In this document: positions 31,733 through 32,000 of the stretch, piece by piece
Layout: each line of letters starts with the position of its first letter
Position numbering within the stretch: the first letter of the stretch is position 1
NCBI RefSeq assembly: GCF_000195955.2
Contig: NC_000962.3
Coordinates: 690,001-722,000 of the forward strand
Source of the DNA: Mycobacterium tuberculosis H37Rv
GTDB taxonomy: Bacteria; Actinomycetota; Actinomycetes; Mycobacteriales; Mycobacteriaceae
Direction of reading: 5' to 3'
DNA length: 32,000 bases
Notes under the pieces: model-generated
What the model was told of the DNA's origin: nothing
Seen by the model: only the letters and a program-made list of their open reading frames with translations
Database searches by the model: none
Program-made: the position numbers and the translations under genes

Positions 31733-32000
31733 GACTGCAGCCTTCCCCGGTCGAGCAGATCCGAGAGCGCCACCACCAACGCCGTGGGCGGGTTCCAGGT
31801 GAACACACCGGCCGGATGCCCGGCCGTCACCGGCGTCGCCGCACCGCACATGCCCCGCACAAACAGGTACAGCACCCCGCCGAGATGGCGCGCCGGAGCG
31901 TAATCCCGCTGCCGCCACCGCAGAAAGCGGTGCAGCACAACAACATACAGCAGCGCCTGCAGTGGGTAGTCCGAATGCAGCATGGCCTCGGTCAACCGCT
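31729..32000 (-). CDS. recB: Exodeoxyribonuclease V beta subunit RecB, C-terminal end (rest outside window)
   Basis: HSDYPLQALLYVVVLHRFLRWR is the RecB nuclease-domain Y-x-L-Q-x-x-L-Y motif. The frame is open to the window edge and coupled to recD. Confidence 0.85.
   Translation of the reverse strand, partial: RLTEAMLHSDYPLQALLYVVVLHRFLRWRQRDYAPARHLGGVLYLFVRGMCGAATPVTAGHPAGVFTWNPPTALVVALSDLLDRGRLQS

Noticed and set aside
1-32000. Scan for tRNA, rRNA, CRISPR arrays, MIRU/VNTR-type tandem repeats and riboswitch-like leaders
   Set aside because: I saw no cloverleaf-compatible segments, no rRNA-like conserved blocks and no regularly spaced repeat-spacer arrays. The only tandem array is the 4 x 23 bp unit at 6917-7008. 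Intergenic regions are short. A computational scan (tRNAscan-SE, Infernal/Rfam, a CRISPR finder) would be needed to be definitive.

Overview
High-GC actinobacterial chromosome. From memory (no search run), gene content and order match the Mycobacterium tuberculosis complex region Rv0591 to Rv0630c. The window opens with the 3' half of the mce2 operon (mce2C, mce2D, lprL/mce2E, mce2F). It ends with core genes: split galT, galK, a FIST protein, recD and the 3' end of recB. Between them lies a mosaic accessory stretch. It holds six intact VapBC toxin-antitoxin modules (vapBC4, 27, 28, 29, 30, 5) and one decayed vapBC5-like relic. It also holds a frameshift-split histidine kinase with the response regulator tcrA, a PepSY/lpqO pair, and a 3'-truncated IS607-family element (IS1536-like: serine recombinase plus a TnpB fragment). 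An AAA-ATPase/DUF4143 gene is preceded by four tandem 23-bp repeats, and there are several hypothetical genes. The main result of the hunt is heavy local rearrangement that the ORF track hides. (1) A 79-nt copy of the galT 5' end brackets a ~2 kb insert carrying Rv0614/Rv0615/vapBC29. (2) A vapBC5-like relic is fused in frame to the annotated galT start. (3) The galT frameshift sits in the HPH active-site motif. (4) A 5-bp tandem duplication lies exactly at the kinase split. (5) Paralogous relics of the Rv0612 and Rv0613c ends are scattered around the IS. (6) A minus-strand four-gene cluster combines a DUF6883-like relic, DUF4926, a 385-aa hypothetical and a small zinc-ribbon ORF with a strong SD, which may be unannotated. 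Most vapB genes, plus Rv0597c and Rv0613c, have a TANNNT -10 box 6-7 nt upstream of the start codon, the leaderless architecture. I found no tRNA, rRNA or CRISPR array. Many long ORFs in the track are antisense artefacts of the high GC content.
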